The notes below the pieces were generated by a model that was given only the letters and a program-made list of their open reading frames with translations, was not told the origin of the DNA and did not search any database. From IMG/VR virus record IMGVR_UViG_3300034356_003109: a stretch of 64,000 nt of DNA; one strand, 5' to 3'. The translations under genes were made by a program, and so were the position numbers. The DNA is from an uncultured virus (IMG/VR IMGVR_UViG_3300034356_003109) (Duplodnaviria > Heunggongvirae > Uroviricota > Caudoviricetes). This document shows positions 45,547-54,768 of the stretch, in pieces. The first letter of the stretch is position 1. Every line of letters starts with the position of its first letter.

Positions 45547-45886
45547 GTGGAAAACTTTCTGGTAAAAATATATAAGTTATTAACTCGTCTTTTTTTATGT
45601 CTCTGTAAGATATGAATTCTATTTTTTCCGTTTCATAATTTATGATAGGAACTGTATTGCCTTTTTGATTCGCTTTGATAAACTTTGCTAATCCAGTCAA
45701 AGTCACTTTAATAAATAAGTCTTCAACAGGAACGACATCATTTATTACGATATCCGTTTTTGGCAGAAAAAATAAATTTTCATTTTGTTGAGTGAACCAA
45801 GAAGCTTCAAGAACTTTCGTTGATCTTGGGATATCAATTGAAGCTATCAATTGAATCTCATTTTCAATCGTTTTTAACTCAATCAT
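45530..45886 (-). CDS. degenerate SET-domain-like protein
   Basis: LIASIDIP..T.V, AKFI....GN, FISYRDIKKDELITY; lacks the NH(S) motif. Confidence 0.5.
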   Translation of the reverse strand: MIELKTIENEIQLIASIDIPRSTKVLEASWFTQQNENLFFLPKTDIVINDVVPVEDLFIKVTLTGLAKFIKANQKGNTVPIINYETEKIEFISYRDIKKDELITYIFLPESFPHVTIR

Positions 45887-46634
45887 GATTCTCTTCCTTC
45901 CAAGCTTCGAAGCTGAATTTATCGCTGCAAAAATGCGGCAGTTCTGGTTTATCTAAAGATCTATCTCGACCAAAAGTTCTATTACAAATTATCTTATAAG
46001 CCATAAAAGCTTTAACATCAGATTTCTTATGATAATAAATACTACGAACTTTAGTCATTGGGATATCATTGTTAATAGAAAATTCTTTCACCTTCTCTTT
46101 TAAAATAAAGTCTAATGCCAAATCATTCTCTTCGAAGAATAAGGTTGGTTTTGTAAAAGAAATATCAGGCACGGCATTTCCAAAAGATAGGTTATTTATA
46201 TAAATAAACGAATCGTAAAATGGAATAGCGAGCTTGAGAGAATCTTCACTCCATAAGTCTTTAAGATCATTATAATCTAAGAATCCAGTATTGGTGCAAA
46301 ATGCTTTAGAATATATTTTATTAAGCAGCTTGCATCCAAGATCATCTTTTGCAAAGATGATTATCTTATGTTGGCTTCCTTCATCTTCTGGTAAAGCCGA
46401 ATTTCTCATCGATAATCTAAGACCAAATATTAATTGAATGCCCATCTCTTTGCTGCGCTTGTACGCCTCAAAGAAACCAATTAAAGTATCTTCGACTAAA
46501 ATGACTTGTTTAAGACCGTTATCTTTTGCGATCTTAAAAACGCTATCTGATCCACCTTCAGTTACTTTTTTTGGATCATCTAAAGTTAGTATAGATTTTC
46601 CTATACTAAAGTGTGATTTAAACAATGGCAGCAT
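45879..46634 (-). CDS. stand-alone PHP domain of DNA polymerase III alpha
   Basis: KSHFSIGKS, LVED...GF, IFGL, IFAKD..G.K.L..I.S.A match the DnaE N-terminus. Confidence 0.8.
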   Translation of the reverse strand: MLPLFKSHFSIGKSILTLDDPKKVTEGGSDSVFKIAKDNGLKQVILVEDTLIGFFEAYKRSKEMGIQLIFGLRLSMRNSALPEDEGSQHKIIIFAKDDLGCKLLNKIYSKAFCTNTGFLDYNDLKDLWSEDSLKLAIPFYDSFIYINNLSFGNAVPDISFTKPTLFFEENDLALDFILKEKVKEFSINNDIPMTKVRSIYYHKKSDVKAFMAYKIICNRTFGRDRSLDKPELPHFCSDKFSFEAWKEENHD

Positions 46635-46643
46635 GCTACATAC

Positions 46644-46671
46644 ACTTTAGCAAAAGACTAAAACTTGTCAA
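46644..46671 (-). promoter_or_regulatory. sigma70-like promoter, near-leaderless
   Basis: TTGACA-16-TAAAGT, 9 nt before the ATG. Confidence 0.65.
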
Positions 46672-47716
46672 GGTCGAAAGCGTCAAAATCATCAGGAGTT
46701 TCAGCAGGTTTAGGTTTAAAACAAGGACATCCATCGTATTTGTTTTTTATTATCTTGTCTCCTTCTTGAAGCTTTATTTTCTCTAGTTCTTTTTCTGTGA
46801 ATGCAGATTTTTTAATCTTATTATCTTTGTCTACAATCGCATAATAATCAAATCCAAATTTATATGTGCAATACCACATTGGAGTTCCATCTTTTTTAAT
46901 CTGATTAGGCTCTTTAGCGAAACCACATAAAAGTTTTCCTGAAAAGCTGCCATCTTTTGGCATTCCTTGATTCGCGGCCATGTTAGATGTAGCGGTCTTT
47001 TCCACAAAAGAATCAGCATATTTTTGATAACCACTTAACTCATGCTCAAAACCCAAAAGCTCGTATTTGTCTTTGGGATGCATTGGCATGGCTCCACCAT
47101 CATTTAGATCTTGTTTCAAAAACAAGAATTCCATTTTTACATCTTTTAATTCAGGATAAAGTTTTCTAATAGCAAGCGTGTACATATAATCTTGTAGATT
47201 ATCAGTAACTTCTTTGCCTTCGTATTTCTTTTTATTTGTTTTAAAATCTCTTATTAGGACGACTCCATGATTTCCATAAATAAAGAGTTTATCTATAAAT
47301 CCTTTTATTTTGTATTCGATGCCTTTTTCTTGGACAACTATTTCAAAATCTTTTTCTGACACGACTTCTGTAGGTTCGCCGTATTTCTTTCCGAAGAAAT
47401 CGTAAGTCAAACCATTCAAAGCCATTGAACGAATATTTTCTAAATCAGTGGTCTCATTAAGATTTTTTTTCTTAATGTGTTTATGCACCATTCTTTTTAT
47501 AGCTTTAGACGCAAAAATGTCTTTATTCTTTACTATCTTATTGTAATGACTCTTGTGCCTTGCAGAGCCAAGGCATTCAAGAATAATATGAACAGTATCT
47601 CCAATCAAAGCTCCAGAGTTAGTCTTGTCTGGAAGTTTTAAAATATATTTGCACCAATACTGCCATGAGCAGGATTTTAGCGTTTTAATTTTGCTGGCTG
47701 ATAATGTTTCTTTCAA
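46658..47716 (-). CDS. PD-(D/E)XK exonuclease (RecB/Cas4-like)
   Basis: LSASKI...C, G..VH, E, GFID, DFKT, Q..MY. Confidence 0.85.
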   Translation of the reverse strand: MKETLSASKIKTLKSCSWQYWCKYILKLPDKTNSGALIGDTVHIILECLGSARHKSHYNKIVKNKDIFASKAIKRMVHKHIKKKNLNETTDLENIRSMALNGLTYDFFGKKYGEPTEVVSEKDFEIVVQEKGIEYKIKGFIDKLFIYGNHGVVLIRDFKTNKKKYEGKEVTDNLQDYMYTLAIRKLYPELKDVKMEFLFLKQDLNDGGAMPMHPKDKYELLGFEHELSGYQKYADSFVEKTATSNMAANQGMPKDGSFSGKLLCGFAKEPNQIKKDGTPMWYCTYKFGFDYYAIVDKDNKIKKSAFTEKELEKIKLQEGDKIIKNKYDGCPCFKPKPAETPDDFDAFDLDKF

Positions 47717-48792
47717 AGGTTTAAGCTTTCTAGGTAATCTTTAAGAATAGAAATAACCTTCTTATCCTTGTCGTTATTATACACATAGTCAAGAATGTAT
47801 TCCACTTGAGTTATTCTATTCCTTTTCTTGTTTTCCCATCTTTCCATTGAAATATCTTTTTCCAACATCTCACCAAAATCTTTACAGATAGGAAGCATAA
47901 TTTTAACCTTATCAATATCAATGTATTTAATAAGTTTTAAGAATATTTTAATAGCAGCTTGCAAGCCGCGATTGTCAGTTTTATCGGCATCGTTGTTTGT
48001 GGAGATTATTATTTCGTCCACAGACAAAGACATTAGATATGACAATTGTTTAGAACTGATTTCAAGACCGAAAATAACAAGATGATTATAATAACCTTGT
48101 TGCGACAAAGCTAGACTGTCGCCGATTCCTTCAACAAGAATTATTTTTCGTTTTTCTTCAATAGTTTTCTTGAATATATTATCTTGTTCTCCTTGAATAT
48201 TTATAGGATATATCCAATTACCTTTTCTGCCAATATGTTTCCACTTAGGAGCGGAACTGTTTGGTTTCCATAACAAATGTCTTCCGCTGATACCTATTAC
48301 TTTTTTATTTTCATCGAATATCGGAAACACAAATCGGCCATTCATCTTTCCAGACATTGAAAAACCAGATCGATAAAGCTCAAGAGTTTGTGAACTTATG
48401 GCTTTTTTATTGTAAAAATCATAATGAGGAAGCAATGTCTTTACTTCTTCATGGTCAAAAAATTGGTCTGATTCCATTTTGGGCGTTCTAATTGATTCTA
48501 TACAAGGATCGTTGTTGTTCTTGATTGAATGTAAAATTTCATCTATTTTAGAATCATCTTTGCAAGATAGTTCAAGTAATCTTTTAAAAGGTTGATATGT
48601 TGTGTTAGCAACGAAATCTTTCCAGATTCCAGTGTCTTTCCAAATTTGTAAAGCGGTTCTGTTGTCGCCATCACGATAAATAGCATTACATTGCCAATAC
48701 TTGCCGCGATCTGATAATTGATATCCTAAATCAATCAAAGTTTTTTCTATAACTTCCGCTCGATTGTTAATGGAGGTTAGGTACGTCGTCAT
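47713..48792 (-). CDS. DNA primase (DnaG-like, TOPRIM)
   Basis: GRFVFPI, SGR, KWKH, LVEG..D, NND.D, KDFGE; adjacent to helicase. Confidence 0.85.
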   Translation of the reverse strand: MTTYLTSINNRAEVIEKTLIDLGYQLSDRGKYWQCNAIYRDGDNRTALQIWKDTGIWKDFVANTTYQPFKRLLELSCKDDSKIDEILHSIKNNNDPCIESIRTPKMESDQFFDHEEVKTLLPHYDFYNKKAISSQTLELYRSGFSMSGKMNGRFVFPIFDENKKVIGISGRHLLWKPNSSAPKWKHIGRKGNWIYPINIQGEQDNIFKKTIEEKRKIILVEGIGDSLALSQQGYYNHLVIFGLEISSKQLSYLMSLSVDEIIISTNNDADKTDNRGLQAAIKIFLKLIKYIDIDKVKIMLPICKDFGEMLEKDISMERWENKKRNRITQVEYILDYVYNNDKDKKVISILKDYLESLNL

Positions 48793-50281
48793 CGTTATCT
48801 TTAATTACATTTGCATTGGCACCGAGAGCGTCCACTATATCTCTGTAATCACCTTTTTCTGAAACACAGAAGTTAGCGATCTCAAGATTAACAAAATTCT
48901 TTTTAAGAGTACCGTCTGCGAGCTTTACTGGATTAATAGCTCCTGCAATATCTTTGCCAAGATGGCGAGCTTTCACGTTGATAAACTTATGAGTTCCGAA
49001 GCTGACTTCGTTCTGTAATTCATCAGATGTTTTCTGTCTTAGAATAAACATGTGAGATGAGAATTGAGTAATACGATCAGAAAGAGAAACAATGCTTTCG
49101 TCATCAGTTATACTTGATGAATTTTTGTTCGTGACAATACCTGCGCGATTAGACTGTACAGAAGTCATCATTGATATACATGGTCCTTTGTCGCTTACTA
49201 TATCTTTCTGAATGCAGCGTTTATATTTATCGACCATTTCTCCAACAAGTTGCCATTCTGTTTTATTACCTCCGCTTTCGCTTGTAGTTTTAATATAATC
49301 AAAACTAAAAATCATAGGATTTCCGCGACCTATCTTGGAGTAGTAGAATCTTTTTAAAACGCTGATCTGAGCATCAACGCTCATTCCGCCTACATTATAA
49401 TAATATAAATGCTTGTAGCGTTTATTGATGGTGTTCCATACTGCTCTAACATTATCTACAACTTCTGCGCCAGCCTTTCGCCAGTTGCCGCTTTCTAGTA
49501 GATACATTGGAACTTTAGACATTGCAGCGCATTGTCTAAAAATGAGTTCTTCTTTGCTCATCTCTCCATTATCAAAATGAAGAACTGGAACTTCGTATTG
49601 TTCAGATACTTTTGTAGTGAAATCTAAACAGAATTGAGTTTTACCTACGCCTGAACGAGCTACAATAACTGTGATATTACCCGGTCTCAAAAGAGAGCCG
49701 TACATATCTTGAATTTTAGGATGAGGCCCAGCAAATCCAAATTCTGTAACTGGATTGTTTCCTCGCTCTTCAATAAGAGCTTCCATTTCAGAAAAGATGT
49801 TTTCTGGCTGATCGCTGCCAGTTTCGTACAAATTGATCTGATCATTATAAAGCTTATCAGCGGTCTCGATAATGACGTTGTAATCAGAAGATGGAGATAT
49901 TGACTTCATCTTCTTGTTTATTTCTGCTCCACACATCGCTATTTCGCGGCGTATAGTGTATTTCTTTAATTCTTTAGCTACGCTAATAATTGATTCTGGA
50001 GATAGCTTTTTAAGAGATAGTGATTCAATATAATCTGATGGATTAATATTATCTTCGAAAGTTACTCCAAAGTTCTTTACTCTTTGAGAAATAACTACAT
50101 CATCAATTTTTTCTCCGTTATCGATTGCTTGACGAAGCACGCAAAAGATAGTTCTATTAATTTTGGAACTTTCGCTCCAAAAGTCTTTTTCAGTTATAAA
50201 AACAGCGACATCTGAATATCGTTCTGGATATTTAATCAATCCAGCAAGCAACTGAGTCTCTAAATCATACGAATAAATCAT
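48767..50281 (-). CDS. dnaB: replicative DNA helicase (DnaB-like)
   Basis: ARSGVGKT, NGEM, FDYIK, Q.NR, KARH. Confidence 0.9.
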   Translation of the reverse strand: MIYSYDLETQLLAGLIKYPERYSDVAVFITEKDFWSESSKINRTIFCVLRQAIDNGEKIDDVVISQRVKNFGVTFEDNINPSDYIESLSLKKLSPESIISVAKELKKYTIRREIAMCGAEINKKMKSISPSSDYNVIIETADKLYNDQINLYETGSDQPENIFSEMEALIEERGNNPVTEFGFAGPHPKIQDMYGSLLRPGNITVIVARSGVGKTQFCLDFTTKVSEQYEVPVLHFDNGEMSKEELIFRQCAAMSKVPMYLLESGNWRKAGAEVVDNVRAVWNTINKRYKHLYYYNVGGMSVDAQISVLKRFYYSKIGRGNPMIFSFDYIKTTSESGGNKTEWQLVGEMVDKYKRCIQKDIVSDKGPCISMMTSVQSNRAGIVTNKNSSSITDDESIVSLSDRITQFSSHMFILRQKTSDELQNEVSFGTHKFINVKARHLGKDIAGAINPVKLADGTLKKNFVNLEIANFCVSEKGDYRDIVDALGANANVIKDNDDDVPNLH

Positions 50282-50296
50282 GCCAACCGCACATTA

Positions 50297-50557
50297 TCAC
50301 TCTTCATCGGTGATGTCAATCGAATCTTGACTATTGTTCACTTCGTTTAAATATTTTTCGAGAGCTTTGACGAGTCCCATTTCAACGATTGGGTTGGAGA
50401 CTTTGGTATAAATCATTGGGCATCCATCTTGAGAGACGTAAGCCACTATAAATCCTTTGGAGGATTCATCGGAACCAGTAAACTCATAGAGTTTATTAAA
50501 ATAGTTTTCAGGAATTTTAAACTGTTTAAAATTCTCTGATTGTGAATCTCTCTTCAT
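50297..50557 (-). CDS. hypothetical protein
   Basis: Packed ORF preceded by GTGTAA. Confidence 0.65.
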   Translation of the reverse strand: MKRDSQSENFKQFKIPENYFNKLYEFTGSDESSKGFIVAYVSQDGCPMIYTKVSNPIVEMGLVKALEKYLNEVNNSQDSIDITDEE

Positions 50558-50558
50558 A

Positions 50559-50972
50559 TTATAATGTTACACCTTGACTCTCGAAAAGCTCTTTATTTAT
50601 AGTATCATTTTCAAATATAGTTACAAGTGTAATTTTATTAAGTTCGCAAAAACGCTCTTTTTTCTTATCTCTATTGAGTTGATGAAGAAAATTCATTCTA
50701 TTTGTATGGAAGAACTTAACAAATCCAGTATGTTGTCTGCCTTGAACTTCTATAGCTATCTTTTTATTAGCGTTATAAAAGTCCAAGGTAAGACGAGTTC
50801 CAACTATTGGAAACTCTTCAAACACAATATTTTGTTGCCAATAGTTGCTTAAAAATTTCTTAGCTTCTGTTTGAAACTTACTACGACTATTCGCGCTCCA
50901 ATCAATTAAATAATTGCGAGCGTTCTTGCAACGTCTTTTTTTATTACTCAGTGATAGAAATTCCATCGCCAA
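50559..50972 (-). CDS. Vsr/DUF559-like endonuclease
   Basis: EE, LDFY, AIEVQG.QH, RD..K..FC. Confidence 0.75.
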   Translation of the reverse strand: MAMEFLSLSNKKRRCKNARNYLIDWSANSRSKFQTEAKKFLSNYWQQNIVFEEFPIVGTRLTLDFYNANKKIAIEVQGRQHTGFVKFFHTNRMNFLHQLNRDKKKERFCELNKITLVTIFENDTINKELFESQGVTL

Positions 50973-52122
50973 AATTTAATAAGTTTTCACTGATGTATTT
51001 AAAGAAAAACGATTTCAACTTTTCGTTGTTGTTGACCATCTGTTCAAATTTAGCAGACCCTTGAATCTGAGCAGGAAAGTCTGTGAACCCAGCTTCTTTT
51101 AGAATATTCAGAAACTCTTCGTCGAAACTAATCCAAGCTCCCTTTTTAATGGCGATCTCCCACATAGTTAGAAAGTCAAAGATTTCCTTTTCGATCCAAT
51201 TTGACGTTCCATTCTTTCTTCCATACTTAATAGGATAACGAATAGTACAGTTAGTTCTTTCATTTGGCGACTTTTTAACTATAATTTTTACAAAATGACC
51301 TAGATAAGGATTCTTTTGTTCGTCATAAGAAGCGGTGGGATCTTCAAGAATCAAATCACCCTTGAAGCGAGAATCAAATTCAAAAATCCAATTAGCAAAA
51401 TGTAGTAAAGCGTTTCCGCCTGTAGCTGTAGTTTGGCGAATTGGAGCCTTGCTATAAGGATCGAGTTTGATATCAGCGCGAACTTGAGAAACGAATACCG
51501 CAACATGACCGCGTTTTTGCAACGCAATGGACATGCGCTTCATTAGATCGGCGGCAATAACTGCGCCACCGGCAACTTTTTGAGATTCTTCAAAAGTCTT
51601 TTCTAAATCACCTTTACGAATCAAGCCATCGACAGAATCGAGTAAAAAGAAATATTGAATCTTTTCATCGTTTTTTCCGACTAGTTCTCGCATTGAATCA
51701 AATACGGTTTCATGAATATTAGATTCAAATACAAAACATGTGCCTTCCACCCACTCTTCATCATTAAATACGAATTTAACTCCAGAACGAGTGATCATCT
51801 CCTTGCTCAATCGCCCTTCGGCTTTGATATAAAAGCCTTTACGCTTCTTAGGTTGATCTAAGAAGTTCTTCATGAACTGAAGCGCACAGCTAGTTTTGCC
51901 GCCTTCATTGATGCCGCAGAAACGATGCAGCCCAGTACCAATGCCGCCATTTAAAAAGTAATCAAGAAGAAGGCTTCCGCTAGAAATTTTATACTCTATA
52001 CTCTCTTCAAAATTATAATGCGAATCTTTATTGTTCTTCAAGAAACTTTTTAGTTGATCTTGAGAAGTGATTATTTTGCCGCTTTCTGTTTCTACTTTTA
52101 CTTCTTTTATTTTCTTAGTCAT
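50944..52122 (-). CDS. recA: RecA/UvsX-like recombinase
   Basis: SSGS..LD..L.GG, G.NEGGKT, LDSV, SQVR, TGGNAL.H, KGAW. Confidence 0.88.
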   Translation of the reverse strand: MTKKIKEVKVETESGKIITSQDQLKSFLKNNKDSHYNFEESIEYKISSGSLLLDYFLNGGIGTGLHRFCGINEGGKTSCALQFMKNFLDQPKKRKGFYIKAEGRLSKEMITRSGVKFVFNDEEWVEGTCFVFESNIHETVFDSMRELVGKNDEKIQYFFLLDSVDGLIRKGDLEKTFEESQKVAGGAVIAADLMKRMSIALQKRGHVAVFVSQVRADIKLDPYSKAPIRQTTATGGNALLHFANWIFEFDSRFKGDLILEDPTASYDEQKNPYLGHFVKIIVKKSPNERTNCTIRYPIKYGRKNGTSNWIEKEIFDFLTMWEIAIKKGAWISFDEEFLNILKEAGFTDFPAQIQGSAKFEQMVNNNEKLKSFFFKYISENLLNFGDGISITE

Positions 52123-52439
52123 TTTAAAAAGTCTTTAACTGTCTTAGGTTTTATACTAATATTGTAGTCTTGTCCAGTCTTTTCGCCAATCTGAACTTCT
52201 GTATTTTTGAATTCAGGTTGAAAAATATATTTCTTATATTTATCTGCAATGCCGTTTGCGTCCTCTCCTGCATATAAAGTCAAACAATTGACTTTAACTA
52301 CGACAAGCTGTTCCCAGAATTTTAAATCAGGAAACTTCTTTAGTAGAGAATTTAATATTCTAAACTGTTTTCCCCAAAATGAAACAGGCACTTTTTGAGG
52401 AATATGCAAAAGCTTTCTTAGCAACTCTCTTTTATTCAT
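52119..52439 (-). CDS. hypothetical protein
   Basis: Start moved to MNKRELL, after TTGACA-16-TACTCT. Confidence 0.65.
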   Translation of the reverse strand: MNKRELLRKLLHIPQKVPVSFWGKQFRILNSLLKKFPDLKFWEQLVVVKVNCLTLYAGEDANGIADKYKKYIFQPEFKNTEVQIGEKTGQDYNISIKPKTVKDFLK

Positions 52440-52477
52440 CCTCGATAGAGTAGCATGAAAACCAGAGATGTCAACAG

Positions 52478-52505
52478 CAAAAAACCGCTGGTTTCCCAGC
52501 GGTTT
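52478..52505 (-). terminator. intrinsic terminator
   Basis: AAACCGCTGG-GAAA-CCAGCGGTTTTTT. Confidence 0.75.
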
Positions 52506-52524
52506 GTTTTGATTATTTTCTTTA

Positions 52525-53055
52525 TTAAGCTTTCGGATTGAAACCAGCACTCTGAAGATCAGGATTTTTAATAGCAGATTTTTGCTGTTGCAATTTTAGT
52601 TTTTCGTCTATACTTAAGCCTTCGATGGCTGCATCTGGAGTAATATTTCCTGATGGAGCGGCAGGGGTTTCTGGAAAAACGGCTACTTGAGCAGCTTCAG
52701 ACTTTTCAGCTTCTGGTGATTCGCCAGCTTCTTTCTTGCCTTCGTCGTTTAATTTGCCTTCTTTTTGCATCTTTTTTAGAATAGCTTTTTGAAGTGCTGG
52801 AGGTAGGGTTTTTTGTTTTTCTGTCAACTGACCAGCCATTTCAGTAAGCATCGAGCGATTCTTCATATATGACATGCCGCACATATATTTAGCATCACTT
52901 GTACTCATTCCGGCAGTGTTGATCAAAGATTCGTCTTTGAGCATACACTCGCTCATATATTCGCTATGCATTTCAGCTTCATCTTCCTCCATTATGTTAG
53001 AGATGGAGATTTCAGCTATGAGGTTTTTTGTATCGAATTTTATATTTGATTTCAT
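52525..53055 (-). CDS. hypothetical protein (possible virion/internal protein)
   Basis: LTEKQKTLPPALQKAI motif, acidic linkers. Confidence 0.65.
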   Translation of the reverse strand: MKSNIKFDTKNLIAEISISNIMEEDEAEMHSEYMSECMLKDESLINTAGMSTSDAKYMCGMSYMKNRSMLTEMAGQLTEKQKTLPPALQKAILKKMQKEGKLNDEGKKEAGESPEAEKSEAAQVAVFPETPAAPSGNITPDAAIEGLSIDEKLKLQQQKSAIKNPDLQSAGFNPKA

Positions 53056-53056
53056 G

Positions 53057-53917
53057 TTATTTATTACCTTCTAGGATTTTTATTTGATCTATTGTTTTTG
53101 TTAAAATATCACCTTTTTTGAAATTAGCTCCATCGTTGATAACTTCGTAAGCAATTATTTTACCCATGTCATCGGGAAGATCTTTAATTTCTTTAATGAT
53201 TCCTTCGCTATTATAATGTTTGCATGAAGCGTTGGTATTCAGAATTCTCATTCCAGTTTCAATTATGTTTTTATCTTCTTTTCCTTTTTGAGAATATACA
53301 AGATAATTATAAACAGCAAATAAATAATCCTCCATTAAAGTAATTTTGCTTTGAACCCAAGGTTCAATCGCTTCAGACATCTTCGGATTTGCATTAAGTT
53401 TATCGAGCAAGTCTTTAGAATAATCTGAAATATAAGCCAATTGCGCGATTGCCATTTCAGAAGCATCTTCGTTTATATCTTCGGATTCAGTTTCTATTTC
53501 TTCAGCGATTTCTTCAGCTTGAGCTAGATGAGGAGCTAATTTTAAAAGATCAGATTCTTCCCACAAGGTAATGCCATCCCATTGATGAACAACATCATCG
53601 ACTCCACCTTTAGAAGTATAATCAGTTACAGACTTCTTTGATTCCCACATTTTACATGACCAATATCTAGCTTTCCAACGAGGACCGGGGTTTGTATCGC
53701 ATTGATGTCTAGCGCGAAAACTCTTTCTACGAGCGGGATCGTCGCGTTTGATCTCCATATTTGGATCGCCAAAATTAACTTTTACAATATTGCCTTTCTC
53801 GTTTTTGACGTAAACAGAAAACTTCTTTGGCCCTTTGGACGTTCTAAAAGGTTTATTTAAAGTTTTCTTGTCTTTTGACGCTCGTATTTCGTTGCTAAAA
53901 TTTACCGATATGTTCAT
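53057..53917 (-). CDS. multidomain conserved phage protein
   Basis: Basic N-domain LNKPFR..KKFSVYV..VNFGD..RRKSFRARH.C..YWSC; second module WVQSKIT...Y. Confidence 0.7.
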   Translation of the reverse strand: MNISVNFSNEIRASKDKKTLNKPFRTSKGPKKFSVYVKNEKGNIVKVNFGDPNMEIKRDDPARRKSFRARHQCDTNPGPRWKARYWSCKMWESKKSVTDYTSKGGVDDVVHQWDGITLWEESDLLKLAPHLAQAEEIAEEIETESEDINEDASEMAIAQLAYISDYSKDLLDKLNANPKMSEAIEPWVQSKITLMEDYLFAVYNYLVYSQKGKEDKNIIETGMRILNTNASCKHYNSEGIIKEIKDLPDDMGKIIAYEVINDGANFKKGDILTKTIDQIKILEGNK

Positions 53918-54062
53918 TTTTTAATCTTCTATATTAACGAAATTAAGATTTAATTCATCTTCATTTACACCAAATTGCTTAAGATCAGAAAGAGATTCAT
54001 CAAAATCAGCCTCTTCAAAATCATTAAATGAATAAATGTCTACTATTTTGTCGTTCATGTTA

Positions 54063-54530
54063 TTAGTTAGCTATATCTTGATCTGCGCGACGATAAGCGT
54101 CTTTGACTTTACCACCACTTTGCATTCTTAAAAATGTATTCACTCTTGCCATACTCCAAGCTGCTCTTGATTGTCCAGGTCTATGACTAGAACTAAACGC
54201 ACCTGAGCCTCTACGATACACCTTCTTTAATTGTCCAAGAGTTACTTTCTTAGAATGTTTAGCGTTGTGATTTTTTACTTTTTCTTTTAAAGCGTTAGTT
54301 ACCTTTTGACTAAAAGTGATTTCAGCTTTACTTACTAATTGTTTTTCATTTTTTTTGTTTAATGCTTCTTTAGCTTTCTCTTTAGCATCTGGGCTTGTAC
54401 CAGCAGATCCCGGTTTATTTACGCTAGAGCCTTTCTTACGTTCATCTGGCTTCGCTGGAGTTTGGGCCGAACTTTTTGGGCCTTGTCTTTTTTTTGCAAT
54501 AAGCTCAGAAAAATCTAATATTAAATTCAT
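54063..54530 (-). CDS. basic conserved viral protein (DUF5824-like)
   Basis: LKKVYRRG.GA..SSHRPG....W..ARVN.F. Confidence 0.65.
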   Translation of the reverse strand: MNLILDFSELIAKKRQGPKSSAQTPAKPDERKKGSSVNKPGSAGTSPDAKEKAKEALNKKNEKQLVSKAEITFSQKVTNALKEKVKNHNAKHSKKVTLGQLKKVYRRGSGAFSSSHRPGQSRAAWSMARVNTFLRMQSGGKVKDAYRRADQDIAN

Positions 54531-54570
54531 ATTTAAAATTACACTAATTTAACAATGTGTAGAAAAAAGT

Positions 54571-54598
54571 AAAGCCGCTTTTTAGAGCGGCTTTTTTT
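54571..54598. terminator. intrinsic terminator
   Basis: AAAGCCGCT/AGCGGCTTT stem with T/A tracts. Confidence 0.7.
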
Positions 54599-54613
54599 GT
54601 TTTTAATTGACTA

Positions 54614-54727
54614 TTACTTCTTCTTTACTGGAGGCTTGGCTGGAACTGGAGGCTTTCCAGTGGGCTTTGCAACCTTAGCGGAAGCGGTGGCGGTCTTAGT
54701 CATTGTCTTTGCTGTAGTCTTGCTCAT
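54614..54727 (-). CDS. 37-aa Lys/Ala/Pro/Thr-rich histone-H1-like peptide
   Basis: Read by hand: MSKTTAKTMTKTATASAKVAKPTGKPPVPAKPPVKKK; all Lys codons are AAG; followed by a terminator. Confidence 0.65.
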   Translation of the reverse strand: MSKTTAKTMTKTATASAKVAKPTGKPPVPAKPPVKKK

Positions 54728-54768
54728 ATTTGTATATGTGGTTTATACTATATTAAATTAATTTTTTT

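Noticed and set aside
46658..47716. Cas4 as part of a CRISPR system
   Set aside because: No repeat-spacer array or other cas genes were seen, and its position next to primase fits a replication exonuclease.
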